From Octopus bimaculoides (lineage: Eukaryota): a stretch of 64,000 bases of DNA. Shown here one piece after another: positions 37,021-49,854 of the stretch (its first letter is position 1; each line of letters starts with the position of its first letter). The translations under genes were made by a program, and so were the position numbers. The notes beneath the pieces are model-generated. The model searched no databases and was not told the origin of the DNA. It saw only the letters and a program-made list of their open reading frames with translations. The stretch is from contig NC_068987.1 in the NCBI RefSeq assembly GCF_001194135.2, positions 21,744,455 to 21,808,454 of the forward strand, read 5' to 3'.

Positions 37021-37708
37021 TTAAATGCTCAGTTGTTCACATATCAGAGGGTTAGGGTTGCTGGTCCTTACTCTGTGAAAGACAATGTATTCAACTCCCT
37101 ATCTTTTACTTTCAACTTGTTTCACTCCTTGGATTTTGGCCATACTGGGGCACTACTTTAAAGAGTTTTGTCCAAGAAATCAACACCAGTGCTTATTTTC
37201 TTAAATCTGCTATTGGTCTCTTTTACTGATCTGCTAATTTATGGGGTTGTAAACAAACGAACAGCGGTTGTCAAAGTATCACGGAGTACATAAACAACAC
37301 AAACACACACAAGGGGCATCTTTGAGTTTCCGTCAACTAAATTCACTAAAAAGGCTTTGGTTGGCTATAGTAGAAGACACTTGCCTAAGGTGCTGCACAG
37401 TGGGACTGAACCCCAGATCACAAGGGTGGAAAGCAAGCTTCTTAACCACACAGTCAAACCATCGTATATGTTATAATAATAATAATAATAATCCTGTCTA
37501 CTATAAGCACAAGGCCTGAAATTTATGGCTGGGGTGGGGGATAGTCAATTACACTGATCTCAGTACTCAACTGGTACTTAATTTATCGAGCCTGATAGGT
37601 TGAAAGTCAAAGTTGACCCTGGTGGAATTTGAACTCAGAATGTAGCGACAGGCAAAATACTGCTACGCAATTTGCCCAGCATGCTAACAATTCTGCCAGC
37701 TTGCTGCC

Positions 37709-37742
<34 letters not shown>

Positions 37743-38336
37743 TAACATTGGACATGAAACTCGGCTTGCAAAGACCTGTTGGGCAAGCAAAAACGATATC
37801 GTGATGGCACCTGTGCCCAGCGTCGCCTTCCTGGCACTTGTGCCGGTGGCATGTGTAAAGACATTCAAGCGAGATCATTGCTAGTACCACTGGACTGGCT
37901 CCTGTGCAGGTGGCACGTAAAAGCACCCACTACACTCTCGGAGTGGTTGGCGTTAGGAAGAGCATCCAGCTGTAGAAACTCAGCCAAATCAGATTGGAGC
38001 CTGGTGTAGCCATCTGGTTTCACCAGTCCTCAGTCAAATCATCCAACCCATGCTAGCATGGAAAGCGGACATTAAATGATGATGATGATGATGATGATGA
38101 GGATAACAATGGGTTCAAATTTTGGCACAGGTCCAGTAGTTTTTGAAGGGAGGGGAAAGTCAATTACATTGACCCCAGTGCTCGGTTGGTACTTACTAAC
38201 TCCAAAAGGATGAAAGGCAAAGTTGATCTTGGTGGAATTTGAAATCAGAATGTGAAGACAGCTGAAATGATACTAAGCATTTAGTCCAGTGTGCTAATGA
38301 TATCTGCTTATACTTTAATACATCTTAATAATAATA

Positions 38337-38784
38337 CAGATCGTCATCGACTTATGACAACAATTGGTTCTGACTGAGTGGTCGTAAGTCAGCCTATAGG
38401 CCTACATAGCTTTGTTTTATATTTTTACATTCTTAAAGTACATTCTCAAGTAAAAGTCACACACAGCATTCTGTATTATAACTGGCGTTAATCAAAAATT
38501 TCAGAGTCTCAAGCAGTCGTCTTATAAACAAATACAAGGTTGCCTCGATGAGTCTGTGACAGGATAGTCATCCAACACTTGGGATAACCACAGTGGCGAT
38601 CGATAATCAAACCTAGGGGAAGTGTTTGTTAGTTGACATTATCTGTAGGTGGGTTAATTTCTAAGAAATTAAACCCATTAGATTTCAACTGGACTATTTA
38701 TTACTGCTGCTGGCAGCTGGTGCACCAATCATCATAAAGTCAATCAGTTGTAAGTCGGATAGGTCGTAAGTTGACGACAACCTG
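38337..38784. mobile_element. pogo/Tigger-like MITE
   Basis: TA|CAGATCGTCATCGACTTATGAC ... GTCGTAAGTTGACGACAACCTG|TA; TIRs of about 22 bp with TA TSD. Confidence 0.85.
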
Positions 38785-39034
38785 TATTTTCTATTACAGG
38801 CCCAAGGCTTGAAGTTTGAGGCAGGGAGAGGCTAGTTGATTACATTAACCCACTGCTTAACAAAATACACCTGTGTGTTAACGATTCTGCTGGCTTGCCT
38901 CCTTAGTTAATAATAATAGTGATAATAATAATAATAATGATTTCTTTTATTTGCCACCAGGGTGAAGGATGAGGGAGACAATACAAAGACAAACATAAAG
39001 TGTGCAGGGGTTACATACAATGTAAATAATAATG

Positions 39035-39085
<51 letters not shown>

Positions 39086-39860
39086 GTAATGATAATAATA
39101 ATCCTTTCTACTATAGGCACGAGGCCTGAAATTTGGTGGTGGTGGTGGTGGGGGGAGACTAATTGATTACATTGACCTTAGTGTTTTGCTGGTACTTTAA
39201 GTACTCAATTGGTACTTATTTTATTGACCCCCACAAAAGGATGAAAGGCAAAGTCGACCTCGGTGGAATTTGAACTCAGAACTTAAAGACAAAATGCAGC
39301 TAAGCATTTTGCTTGGCATGCTAATGATTCTGTGAAGCTTGCCGCCTTAATAATAGTATAATAACAATAATCTTCAAATAGCTGTGATCAAGATATGTTT
39401 CTTCATGTCATGCCAGATACCTCTGCCCCATCCCAATTAGCTTTGATAGGACCTCAATTTCATGTGGTACCTTTGCCAGTATCATCAGTGTAGTTGAGTG
39501 GTATTTATCTTCTACAAGGGCACGTAAAATACACCATTTCGAGATTGGCCGTTGCCAGTACCTCCTGATTGGCCTTCGTGCCAGTGGCACGTAAAAGCAC
39601 CCACTACACTCTCTGAGTGGTTGGCGTTAGGAAGGGCATCCAGCTGTAGAAACTCTGCCAAATCAGATTGGAGCCTGGTGTAGCCATCCGGTTCACCAGT
39701 CCTCAGTCAAATCGTCCAACCCATGCTAGCATGGAAAGCGGATGTTAAGCGATGATGATGATGATGAGGGGTGTAGAAGAACCCAAAATATAACATCAAT
39801 ATGTGCATGTGTGTATTTTTTTATATTATTGAAACTGAAATAGAGAATTTCTGTTGTGAG

Positions 39861-39929
39861 TTGAGTTTCATGCCACTGCAAACTTCAAGAAGCAAGAATG
39901 CCTGAAGATTGTAGTGGCATGAAACTCAA
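39861..39929. ncRNA. Candidate pre-miRNA-like hairpin
   Basis: 27-bp stem (25 Watson-Crick pairs, one G-U, one mismatch on the + strand) closing a 15-nt loop; 69 nt in total; no TSD and no second copy seen in the window. Confidence 0.35.
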
Positions 39930-41616
39930 GCTGTGAGACAAACTCTCATTGTCAGTTTCAATAAAAAAAAACAAACAAACATTCTTTACAACATGGATTG
40001 AGCACTCCTCTCTCATTTGTCTAAAATAAACAATGTACGCATTCAAGTGCATCCATACATGCGTGTGTATGTGTGTGTGTTCAGGCACAGAATCTAATTA
40101 ATTGAGGTAACAGATTAAACATCTCATCTCCTCTCACCTAACAAACTAGTATATCTCAATCTTGTATTTATTAACAAGCTGACTTAGGCTGATACAGATC
40201 ATCTCTAATCTCCCTAAATTCCAGTGATTATATTTTATAATTATCTCTCTGTATGGTTTTTCTCATATGCACACACATACACACACACACACGTAAAGTA
40301 AATGTATATATATACATTTTGATGCATTATGGCTGAATGGTTTAGAAGTTTGCTTTGCAGTCATGGGGTTCCGGGTTCAATCCCACTATATGGCATCTTG
40401 GGTAAATGTTATTTTCGATAGCCTTGGGTCAACCCTTATCTTATGTGTGAAATTGGGTAGATGGAAAACTATATAGAAGCCTGTAATTCAAAGTTTCGGC
40501 CTTGTCAGACATTGTGTCATACCAATTCTGCATGAGAATCACATTAAGAGTACACATGCCTGTGGAATACTCAGCCACATACAAGCTAATTAAATCAATA
40601 GGTAGTTCAGTAACTGAATAAATAAATAAATATTCAGTGTCACAAAGAAAAAAGAAAAAAAAAAAAGAGAAAGTATCCTGCACACTCTGTAAAGTGGTTG
40701 GTGTTAGGAAGGGTATCCAAATATAATAAACCCTGTCAAAGCAGGCACTGGAGCTCAATGCTGTCCTCTGGATTGTTACATCCTGTAAAGCTGTCTGACC
40801 CATATCAGCATGGAAGTCAGATGGTAAATGATGATGATGGTGATGATGGTGATGATAATGATGGTGATGATGGTGATAGTGATACTGGTTTTCTGTTTAT
40901 TTACTGTTTTCCCATGCTAGCATGGCTTGAACAGGAATTGACTTTTTTTTAAAGGAAAAATTTTATGGTTGGATGCTCTTCCTGTCACCAACTTTCAACA
41001 ATATTTTTCTTTTGTTTTTCAAACAAGTTTATATATTTCACAGGTCTTCAAAATCTCAGAGTAACTAACCTTAATGTTAACAACACTACCACTTAGCTCA
41101 GATGTTGACAAAAGAAATCTCAACATTCATGCAAAATTACACACACAAACACACCATGGGTTTAATACAATTATTATTATTATTTTTGTCTTCCAAATTC
41201 ACTCACAATGGCAAAGGTTAGCTTGGGAGAATAGTAAAAGACACTTGCACAGTAGGATTGAACCTAAAACCATATGGCTGGGAAGGGAACTTCTTAAGCA
41301 CACAGCCATACCAGTATCTACAACACACATACACATACACTCACACAAATACTGGCTCATTTGATGGTAAAAGTAAATGATTTTTCTGTTGAGAGAACAT
41401 AAGAAAATAAGTCAAAATATTACAAGATTAGAAAAAAAGAACCTGGCCAGAAAAGACAAAATTTACCATTTTTTAAAATCATTACTTTCAATTACTGTCT
41501 AATGGCCAATTAAGGAAAAGAAGGGAGAGAGGGAGGAAGAGAGAGAGAGAGCTGGACAGGTAGATATGGATATGGAGTAGCAGATATATATATATGTATA
41601 TATATATATATTATAT

Positions 41617-41710
41617 AGAGCAGGCATATGTGATCTTATTGGACTATTCCTACTCGATACGTTGGGCAAGACTTTTCCTGACGTACACTTCGCAATTTAC
41701 AAAGATGATG

Positions 41711-41715
<5 letters not shown>
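41617..41715 (+). mobile_element. Penelope-like reverse transcriptase catalytic-core fragment
   Basis: 33 open codons RAGICDLIGLFLLDTLGKTFPDVHFAIYKDDAL resemble the GAEVCELVGLYIL...GLYRDDGL motif of Penelope-like RTs. Bounded on both sides by (TA)n. Confidence 0.65.
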
Positions 41716-41750
<35 letters not shown>

Positions 41751-42073
41751 NNNNNNNNNNNNNNNNNNNNNNNNNNNNNNNNNNNNNNNNNNNNNNNNNN
41801 NNNNNNNNNNNNNNNNNNNNNNNNNNNNNNNNNNNNNNNNNNNNNNNNNNNNNNNNNNNNNNNNNNNNNNNNNNNNNNNNNNNNNNNNNNNNNNNNNNNN
41901 NNNNNNNNNNNNNNNNNNNNNNNNNNNNNNNNNNNNNNNNNNNNNNNNNNNNNNNNNNNNNNNNNNNNNNNNNNNNNNNNNNNNNNNNNNNNNNNNNNNN
42001 NNNNNNNNNNNNNNNNNNNNNNNNNNNNNNNNNNNNNNNNNNNNNNNNNNNNNNNNNNNNNNNNNNNNNNNNN

Positions 42074-42117
<44 letters not shown>

Positions 42118-43071
42118 GACAGACAGAGAGGTATATGGATATTTTGCTATAAGCAGACATAAATAAAACAGTTTTACAGTTAAACATCTAAATATACTAG
42201 AAATAAAAATCTAGATGTAAGAATATTAGAATAAATATCTGTATGAGGCAGCAGACATTGACATCTCAAAGTTTCATATACTACATACACAATCATCAGT
42301 AAAGGAAGAGAGAGAGAGAGAGAAAGGTCATATAATGATACATATCTATTTCAGTTTAAGTATAATGTTAATTGATTTTCAAGAAAGAAACAAAATGTAA
42401 CAAAACAGACAGAAAGGCTAAAAATACATGCACTATATGAAGATACTTACATTTTTCGGAAAATATATGCAAATGAATTAACATTATAGAGTACTCTAAT
42501 ACATTTAGAAGGAGCTAAATATTAAAATCTTGCATTATATGTATTCATTTTCATTCATTCCTCATTTAACGTCTATTTTTCCATGTTAGTATGGGTTGGA
42601 CAGAATTTGTTGAGGCAGATTTCCTACAGCTGGATGCCCTTCCAGTCACCGACTCTTAGCAGTTTCCAAACAAGGGAATATTTTCCCATAGCTAGACATA
42701 TTTTTTTCAGAAGACTGTAAATGAACAACTTTGCTTGTATGATGGGGATGCTTGTTTACAACCAACACATGATGTCTAGACAAAGGTACACAAAGATACA
42801 CACATACAACAGGTTTCTTTCAGTTTCTGTCTACTAAATCTGATGACAGTGTGTGTGTGTGCGTGCATGTGCAAGTGTGTATATATAAACACACACACAG
42901 CGCAATAATACTATGCCTTATTCCAACATAAATGTTAATGATATGCCAGTGCATGATATCTTGAGACAGGGATAATTAAAGTCTCAAATGAATGTATATT
43001 TCAGTATGTGTTCATATTAATTATTTGTTGTCAGTAGACATTGATGCACACACATACATATACACAAGCAT

Positions 43072-43108
<37 letters not shown>

Positions 43109-43191
43109 CACATACACAAACATATATGTGTGTGTAAACAAATATACATACATATATGCAAACAATTACACACACACACATATATTCTTTT

Positions 43192-43676
43192 TTTTTATAG
43201 TTTCAGCTTAGAGCTGCGGCCATGCTGATGCACTGCCGTTTTGCTACACTGTTATTACTGAGAGCCTCCTCCAATATGTGGCACCTGGTGAAGAATGGAG
43301 TTTGATGCAGCTACCCTCATTTGCACCTCTTGCTGTGAGGTAGGTTCATCTGGGACCCTCGACAGGAAGAGGTCCAGCTTTGATTTAAAAACCCCTACAT
43401 CTACTTTGTGCAGGTTCCTCAGGCTCTTTGGGAGAATATTAAAAAGCTGTGGGTCCCTGAAACCCAAACTGTTGTAGTAACTGGTCTTGAAGCGCGATAG
43501 CATTGCTGGGATCTTTGGCACTATGCAGTGTCGTCCTGTTCTGGCATTGGTGTAGCTTTCAATGCCAAAATTTGGCACAATTCCTTCCAGGATCTTCCAG
43601 ATATATATTACTGTATACCTCTCCCGCCTTCTCTCCAGGGAGTAGAGTCTTAGCTGTTTCAGCCTTTCCCAGTAGC
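43192..43676 (-). mobile_element. 5'-truncated CR1/L2-group LINE 3' end
   Basis: Open frame YWERLKQLRLYSLERRRERYTVIYIWKILEGIVPNFGI...GPQ-like LFNILPKSLRN..FKSKLDLFLSRVPDEP..AASNSILHQ to a stop at 43255, then a short 3' UTR and A-rich tail. Confidence 0.9.
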
Positions 43677-44109
43677 AACATACATATAGTCAGACAAAGA
43701 AAGAGAACATTGAAAAGACCTGGCTTTAACAAATATTTAATATTAGTGAAAACAATTTGTGGAGATTGGCTGTAGTGTAAGTTGGTTTACAACATATTAT
43801 ATATATAAAGCAAATTAATTAATCATTTGGTGCATAATTAACAATGTTTGTTTAGTTCACCATGAATTACCTTTTGTTAATGACTGATGGCATTTAAAAG
43901 TTTGATTGAGGTTAATGATTAGCTTTGATTGAGGTTAATGATTGGCTTTGATTGTCAGTTGACCCGAACAGGATTTGATATCATATATTAATGAACTTAA
44001 TGAAATTGTTATGGTGAAGCAGCTTAGTTAGTGATGAATTCCTCCACATCAACAACAGTAACCCCTGATAACCACAACACCTGAATACAGGCTTTCACCA
44101 TTAACAGTA

Positions 44110-44420
44110 TTGCTTCTCTGGACATCAACACACTAAAACTTCTAAGTCTAGCAGCTGACTTGGTAGAAACGTACAAGATTATCTACTGTCTTTCCATCTA
44201 CAAATTTGGACACCTTTTTGAATTCAATACCTCTTCCACACGCAGACATGCTTATAAAATCAAAAAAACCAGCACAACACCCATGACTTTTAGAAACATT
44301 TTCCCAGGTTCAGAATTGTCAAGGCATGGAAGAAAGTATCTGTGCCAATTGTTAGTTATCAGGACATGGCATCCTTCAAAAATTCCATGCTTCCAGAAAT
44401 TCACCAACACTACTCCTGAT
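44110..44420 (+). mobile_element. CR1-like LINE 3' fragment (second family)
   Basis: IASLDINTLKLLSLAADLVETYKII...FEFNTSSTRRHAYKIKK followed by a frameshifted FF..RIVKAW..SFKNS; typical CR1 C-terminal motifs. Confidence 0.75.
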
Positions 44421-44424
44421 ATGG

Positions 44425-44810
44425 GTGGAGGCACAATGGCCCAGTGCTTAGGGCAGCGGACTCGCGGTCATAGGATCATGGTTTCGATTCCCAGACCGGG
44501 CATTGTGAGTGTTTATTGAGCGAAAACACCTAAAAGCTCCACGAGGCTCCGGCAGGGGATAGTGGCGAACCCTGCTGTACTCTTCCACCACAACTTTCTC
44601 TCACTCTTACTTCCTGTTTCTGTTGTGCCTGTAATTCAAAGGGTCAGCCTTGTCACACTGTGTCACGCTGAATATCCCCGAGAACTACGTTAAGGGTACA
44701 CGTGTCTGTGGAGTGCTCAGCCACTTGCACGTTAATTTCACGAGCAGGCTGTTCTGTTGATCGGATCAACTGGAACCCTTGGCGTCGTAACCGACGGAGT
44801 GCCAACCAAC
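44425..44810 (+). mobile_element. tRNA-derived SINE family B
   Basis: Same head, body and tail as 58366. Further copies at 4337-4535 (+, runs into a gap), 51248-51480 (+, variant body) and 55068-55427 (-). Confidence 0.9.
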
Positions 44811-45481
44811 GTGTTAGTGCTCCAAGTTCCCCTACAACTTCAGGGATGACATTTACTCTCTTCATTGCCCACACTCTTGCAATTTTTTTCTTATTTTTTT
44901 CTGGATACGGTGTCTTGATAAAAATACTGGTAATTGTGATACCTCTGCATGAGAGTAATGGTATAAACGAGGATGGAACTACAGGTGATGAGCTTTCACT
45001 CGGCAGATGCCTTACAGGTGACCAGCACAGGCCCAGTTATCATTATATGGCTGCCAGAACAAAATGGCCTAACACTGATGAATTATTATTATTCATTTCT
45101 TTCTTCTCATCCTTTATGTAAATAGCTACACAAATTGTTGTCTGTTCTTGTAACGTCTCCTCATCTATACCCCTGTGGCTAATAAAATTATTACTATTAT
45201 TATTATTATTGTTACTACTACTACCCTTTCATGTCTGTTGAAATAATCTTCGTTTCAATTAATTTTGAAAATAATGGAGAATTTAGTGAAATAGCTAATT
45301 ACCAAACTGATGTTTGGAATATAAATTAATATGAAATTTTGATGGAAGGTTTTAATTTAAATCAGTTTATAACAAGAAGTTTGTATCAAAGGACCAACGG
45401 TGGAGTGAGGTGTATTAAAAGTGTTACACGACAAGAAACAACACTAGTAGCCAAATGTCCCTCAGATTATAGCCAATCATT

Positions 45482-45648
45482 CACTAGCATAGCTAGAGGG
45501 AGAGGCAGAAGGGACAGTCATGCCCCAGGTGGTGCTTTTATGGGGGCAGAACCAGTTTTGGGTCTGCTGTAGGCAATATGTATTTTTTGTGGGGGCCTGG
45601 GAGTAGCAAACTACCCCCCCAGCAGCCCACATTCTAGCTATGTTGGTG
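45482..45648. mobile_element. 167-bp hAT MITE
   Basis: TIRs CACTAGCATAGCTAGA and reverse complement CACCAACATAGCTAGA; exact 8-bp TSD CAATCATT. Confidence 0.88.
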
Positions 45649-46179
45649 CAATCATTTTAAATAACAGAAGCATATATTGAATTATGTCGCTCCTAATATT
45701 AAAAAAAAATGACAGGATGGTCATTGCTGGGATGTAATTGATCAATGGTCTATTTGCTCAAGGCTCACTTGTGGCAAAAAAAAAAAAAAAAAAATGCAGC
45801 AACGACTACAAACAATAGCAAGGAACAATATGAAACTGAGCCAAATAGGGAGCCTATAGGTAATCAATTTGCTAGAAATAGCAGTCAAATTTCTGTCAAG
45901 GTAGTATCTTTGCTTGCTTAAAAAACGAGAAGGAGATATAGCATATTAAGGATAATGTAGTCCTGTGTACATTAACCCTTAAAAGAAGATTAGATGATCC
46001 TAGACTGAATCTTTTTGATCACAGATCTGCTTAATCAGGATTAACATCAAGCTAAATAACAACATCAAAAGCTACTAGCAACCATCACAACCACCTCCAT
46101 GAACAATTACAAAAAATAACACAAACAAGAAGCTCACAAACTAAAACAATTATTAGAAAACATTATTATTATCATTGTC

Positions 46180-46229
<50 letters not shown>

Positions 46230-46846
46230 ATCTACCCCCTCTTCCATCCTAAATAATCAATTTTACCGATATTTTTCTCAATTTTGATAATTTATTTTCA
46301 CTTCTGTTTTAATAACAATTATTGATTAGAGCACAATAATTATCTGTGTATGTGAGTGTATAACACATTCCAGAGTAACTGATGTATACACATAGACAAA
46401 TGTATACATAAACAGAGGCAAATGCACACAGGCATGAATAGACATATACATACACACATATATACAATATACATAAACACACAAAAATGCATGAGCATAC
46501 ATATAAATACATAGAGGTATGCAGATAACATACACAAACACAGAGAAGTATATAATGACATAAACATACATATTAAGGCACACAAGCACATATAAATACA
46601 TGCATGTTTAATTAAATTATAGTTATAATTGTTTCCAACTTTTATCATAGATACAAGGGATCACACAGTTTGGGGAAGGGCAGAGAAAATGAGCAATTGA
46701 TTATAATGATCTTAGTATATGACTGGTACCTTATTTTATCAACCCTGGAAGGAAAAAATGGTAAATTGAAATCTGGTGGAATTCAAATTTGGTATCTAAA
46801 GGAAAGCAATTTAATACCACAGATAATTCTAACTGTGGGTCTAATA

Positions 46847-47359
46847 CAGGGCTGACCAACCTAAGGTCCACAGACTTTTATCATGCAGCCTGCTTGATAC
46901 TTTCTTGAAATGGGTTTATTTAACCCTTTTGTTACCAACCCGGCTGAAACTGGCTCTGATTCTGAGTACAAATGTCTTGTTTTCATAAGTTTTGAATTAA
47001 AATCTTTCACCAAACATTAGCCTCAATTTATGTTCCTAACACTAACTAAATGATAACTAAGTTATTTTACTAAATTCTTTGTTATATTTAAAGTAATTGA
47101 AAGAAACACAGGACATCTCAAAATAAATACAGTAACGAAAGGGTTAAACAAACATTTAAAAAATCTTATCAAAAATTAAAGACTGTGATGAGAAGTAAGG
47201 AAGAAAGATACCACTGATTTTGCAATGATAATATTTCATGTTGAATCAACCATCATTCATTCATTATTGTAATAATAGCATGAGAAAGCAAAATGCGGCC
47301 CTCAAAAAACTTTCTGTGATTAAAGTGGTCCGCAATGTAATTCGAGTTAGCCAGGCCTG
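46847..47359. mobile_element. hAT (Charlie-like) MITE
   Basis: TIRs CAGGGCTGACCAAC and reverse complement CAGGCCTGGCTAAC; exact 8-bp TSD GTCTAATA on both sides; subterminal GCGGCCC/GGTCCGC motifs. Confidence 0.9.
46924..47143. mobile_element. piggyBac-type MITE family 1 (inverted orientation), nested in a hAT MITE
   Basis: TTAA|CCCTTTTGTTACCAACCCGGCTG...GTAACGAAAGGG|TTAA. Confidence 0.88.
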
Positions 47360-48628
47360 GTCTAATAACTCTGCCACTGTACCTTAATCACCATCATTTT
47401 AATGTATATGTTTCCATGCTTGAATGAGTCAAACGAAAGTATGTTGAGGGAGCGCTTTTCTTTTTAATAGCAGGATGTCCTTCCTGTCACCAACTTTCAC
47501 TTGTTTTGTAGCAAGGTAATAGTCTCCCAGTCTATCAAACTACAAATGCCCTGGACATGTTTTATGTGGAAAACTGAAAACGTAGAGCATCAGTTGAATG
47601 AGGCCTGGGCATGCTTTCACAATGGACTACAAGCAAATGACACTGTCAAGAAGCCATTGTTTACAAACCAGTGAATGTGAGGAAAATTTGAAATCAAACA
47701 AACACACACATCATCATCATCATCATCATCATCATAGTTTAACGTCCGCTTTCCACGCTAGCATGGGTTGGACGATTTTGACTGAGCACTGGTGAACCAG
47801 ATGGCTACACCAGGCTCCAATCTGATTTGGCAGAGTTTCTACAGTTGGATGCCCTTCCTAACGCCAACCACTCTGAGAGTGTAGTGGGTGCTTTTACGTG
47901 CCACCGGCACGAAGGCCAGTCAGGCGGTACTGGCAACGGCCATGCACATACATTGCAAATTTTCCTGTTGTAGACAACAAATGAGGGTTCTGCAATTCCT
48001 AGCTAAACAACCTGCACAAATTGACTTGTTTATTGTGATCGAATATTTGTGCAATACATGAGCTCATTCTCTATCAAATTGATATTGCCTACACAGGTGC
48101 AGCATGCCACATATCAGATGTTGAAGTGATTGCAAAATGATGTGAAATGAAGTCTTTTGGTTAAAAAGCCCAGATTCCATTGCATCCAAGCCAATTCATG
48201 CCAGCATGAAACATGGACACTACATGATAATATTAATAATGATGATATATACAAGGGCTTCTTTCAATTTCCCATTTACCAAATCCACTTAGAATGCTTT
48301 GGTTGGCTTGGGGTTAAAGCAGAAAACATCTGCTCAAGGTACCATGCAGTGATACTGAACCCAAAACAAAGTCGTCAGGTTTATCCATCTCTGTACATAA
48401 TAATAAAAATAATACTTTCTACTATAGGCACAAGGCCTGAAATTTGGGGGAGGGGAATAGTCAATTACATCAACCCCAGTATTCAATTAGTACTTATTCT
48501 ATCGACCCTGAGAGGATGAAAGGCATAGTGGACCTCAGCAGAATTTGAACTCAGAATGTAAAGACAGGTGAAATACCACTAAGCATTTTGCCCAGCATCC
48601 TAATGATTCTGCCAGCTTGCTGCCTTGC

Positions 48629-48699
<71 letters not shown>

Positions 48700-49665
48700 C
48701 CTTTCTACTAAATGCACAAGGCCTAAAATTTTGGGGGCAGGGACTAATCAATTACATTGACCCCAGTGTTTCCACTGGTATTTAATTTATTAACCCTGAA
48801 GGGATGAAAGGCTAAGTCAACCTCGGAATAATAATAATGATTTGTTTTATTGGCCACACGGGTCCAAGACAGTGAGTGCAATATCAAAGGGAGAAATACA
48901 ATGCACAAAATGTAGGGTTTACACTGATGAAAAGGAAAACAACATCAACAACAATTTCTTTGCTTAGCCGCAAGGGCCCAAGATGTTGTGGAGAGAGTAT
49001 AAATGGAAGCTGCAAAAGGGGACTCAAACAAGAAACAGGAGAAAGATTTGACAAGAATTAAAAATAACAACATCAAATAAAATATCAAAAAATAAAATTG
49101 TATATATATGTGTGTGTGTTTGTATGTATAGTTATATGTGTATATATGCATAACTGTAAGAGAGAGTGTATACATAGATGTGCATGTGTATGTGTGTGTG
49201 TGTGTGCATATGCAAGGGTGAGGAAGTGTTTAACGAAGTAATCATTATCCTTATCATTATTATTATTATTTATAGTATATTGTTCTTTAAATATGCTCTC
49301 TCATTCACAAAAGTGGTGGTAGTAATACTAATGGTGGGAGTGGTGGTGGAGGTTACAATTATAGAAGTGGGGTGAAGGTCAAAAGGTTACAAAAAGCAGA
49401 AGCTAAGTAAAAAAAAAAAAATTAAAATTAAAAACAAATAAAAACTGCAGAGTATTAAATATAGCAGTACAATATAACAACAACTATTGACATTACTACG
49501 ACACAAAGAGATCTACTAATTATCTTTAGTATAAAAAAAGTAGAACTACAATTAACAACAACAACAACAACAACAACAACAATAGCAACCACTACTGAGA
49601 AGCGAAGGTGCAAGATTTTAAATAGCAGTGTGGGTTTTCAGTACTGAAGTGATGACAAGCCTTAC

Positions 49666-49710
49666 CTCGGAAAACCACCACAGAGCGTGAGCCATAGAAG
49701 ATGAAATACC
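49666..49710 (-). CDS. Candidate 45-nt cassette exon, or 3' end of an alternative first exon, of the TBC gene
   Basis: gaccacag|...CCGAG|GTAAGG; length is a multiple of 3 and phase 1 to 1 matches flanking exons B and C. Reads GYFIFYGSRSVVVFR. No homology support. Confidence 0.3.
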
Positions 49711-49854
49711 CTGTGGTCAACAAGGGTGACAACAGCAGCAACGGCAACAACAACAGCAGCACCGACAGCAGCAGTCGCAGAAGAAGAAGAAGAAGAAGGA
49801 GAAGGTAAACAGGAAGAAGGAATGTATGTTGTTCGTCTACAGTTTGAGGGTTTA

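Noticed and set aside
48915-48945. CTGATGA..GAAA as a hammerhead core (also CTGATGA at 31614 and 45074)
   Set aside because: No room for stem II and no flanking stems I or III.
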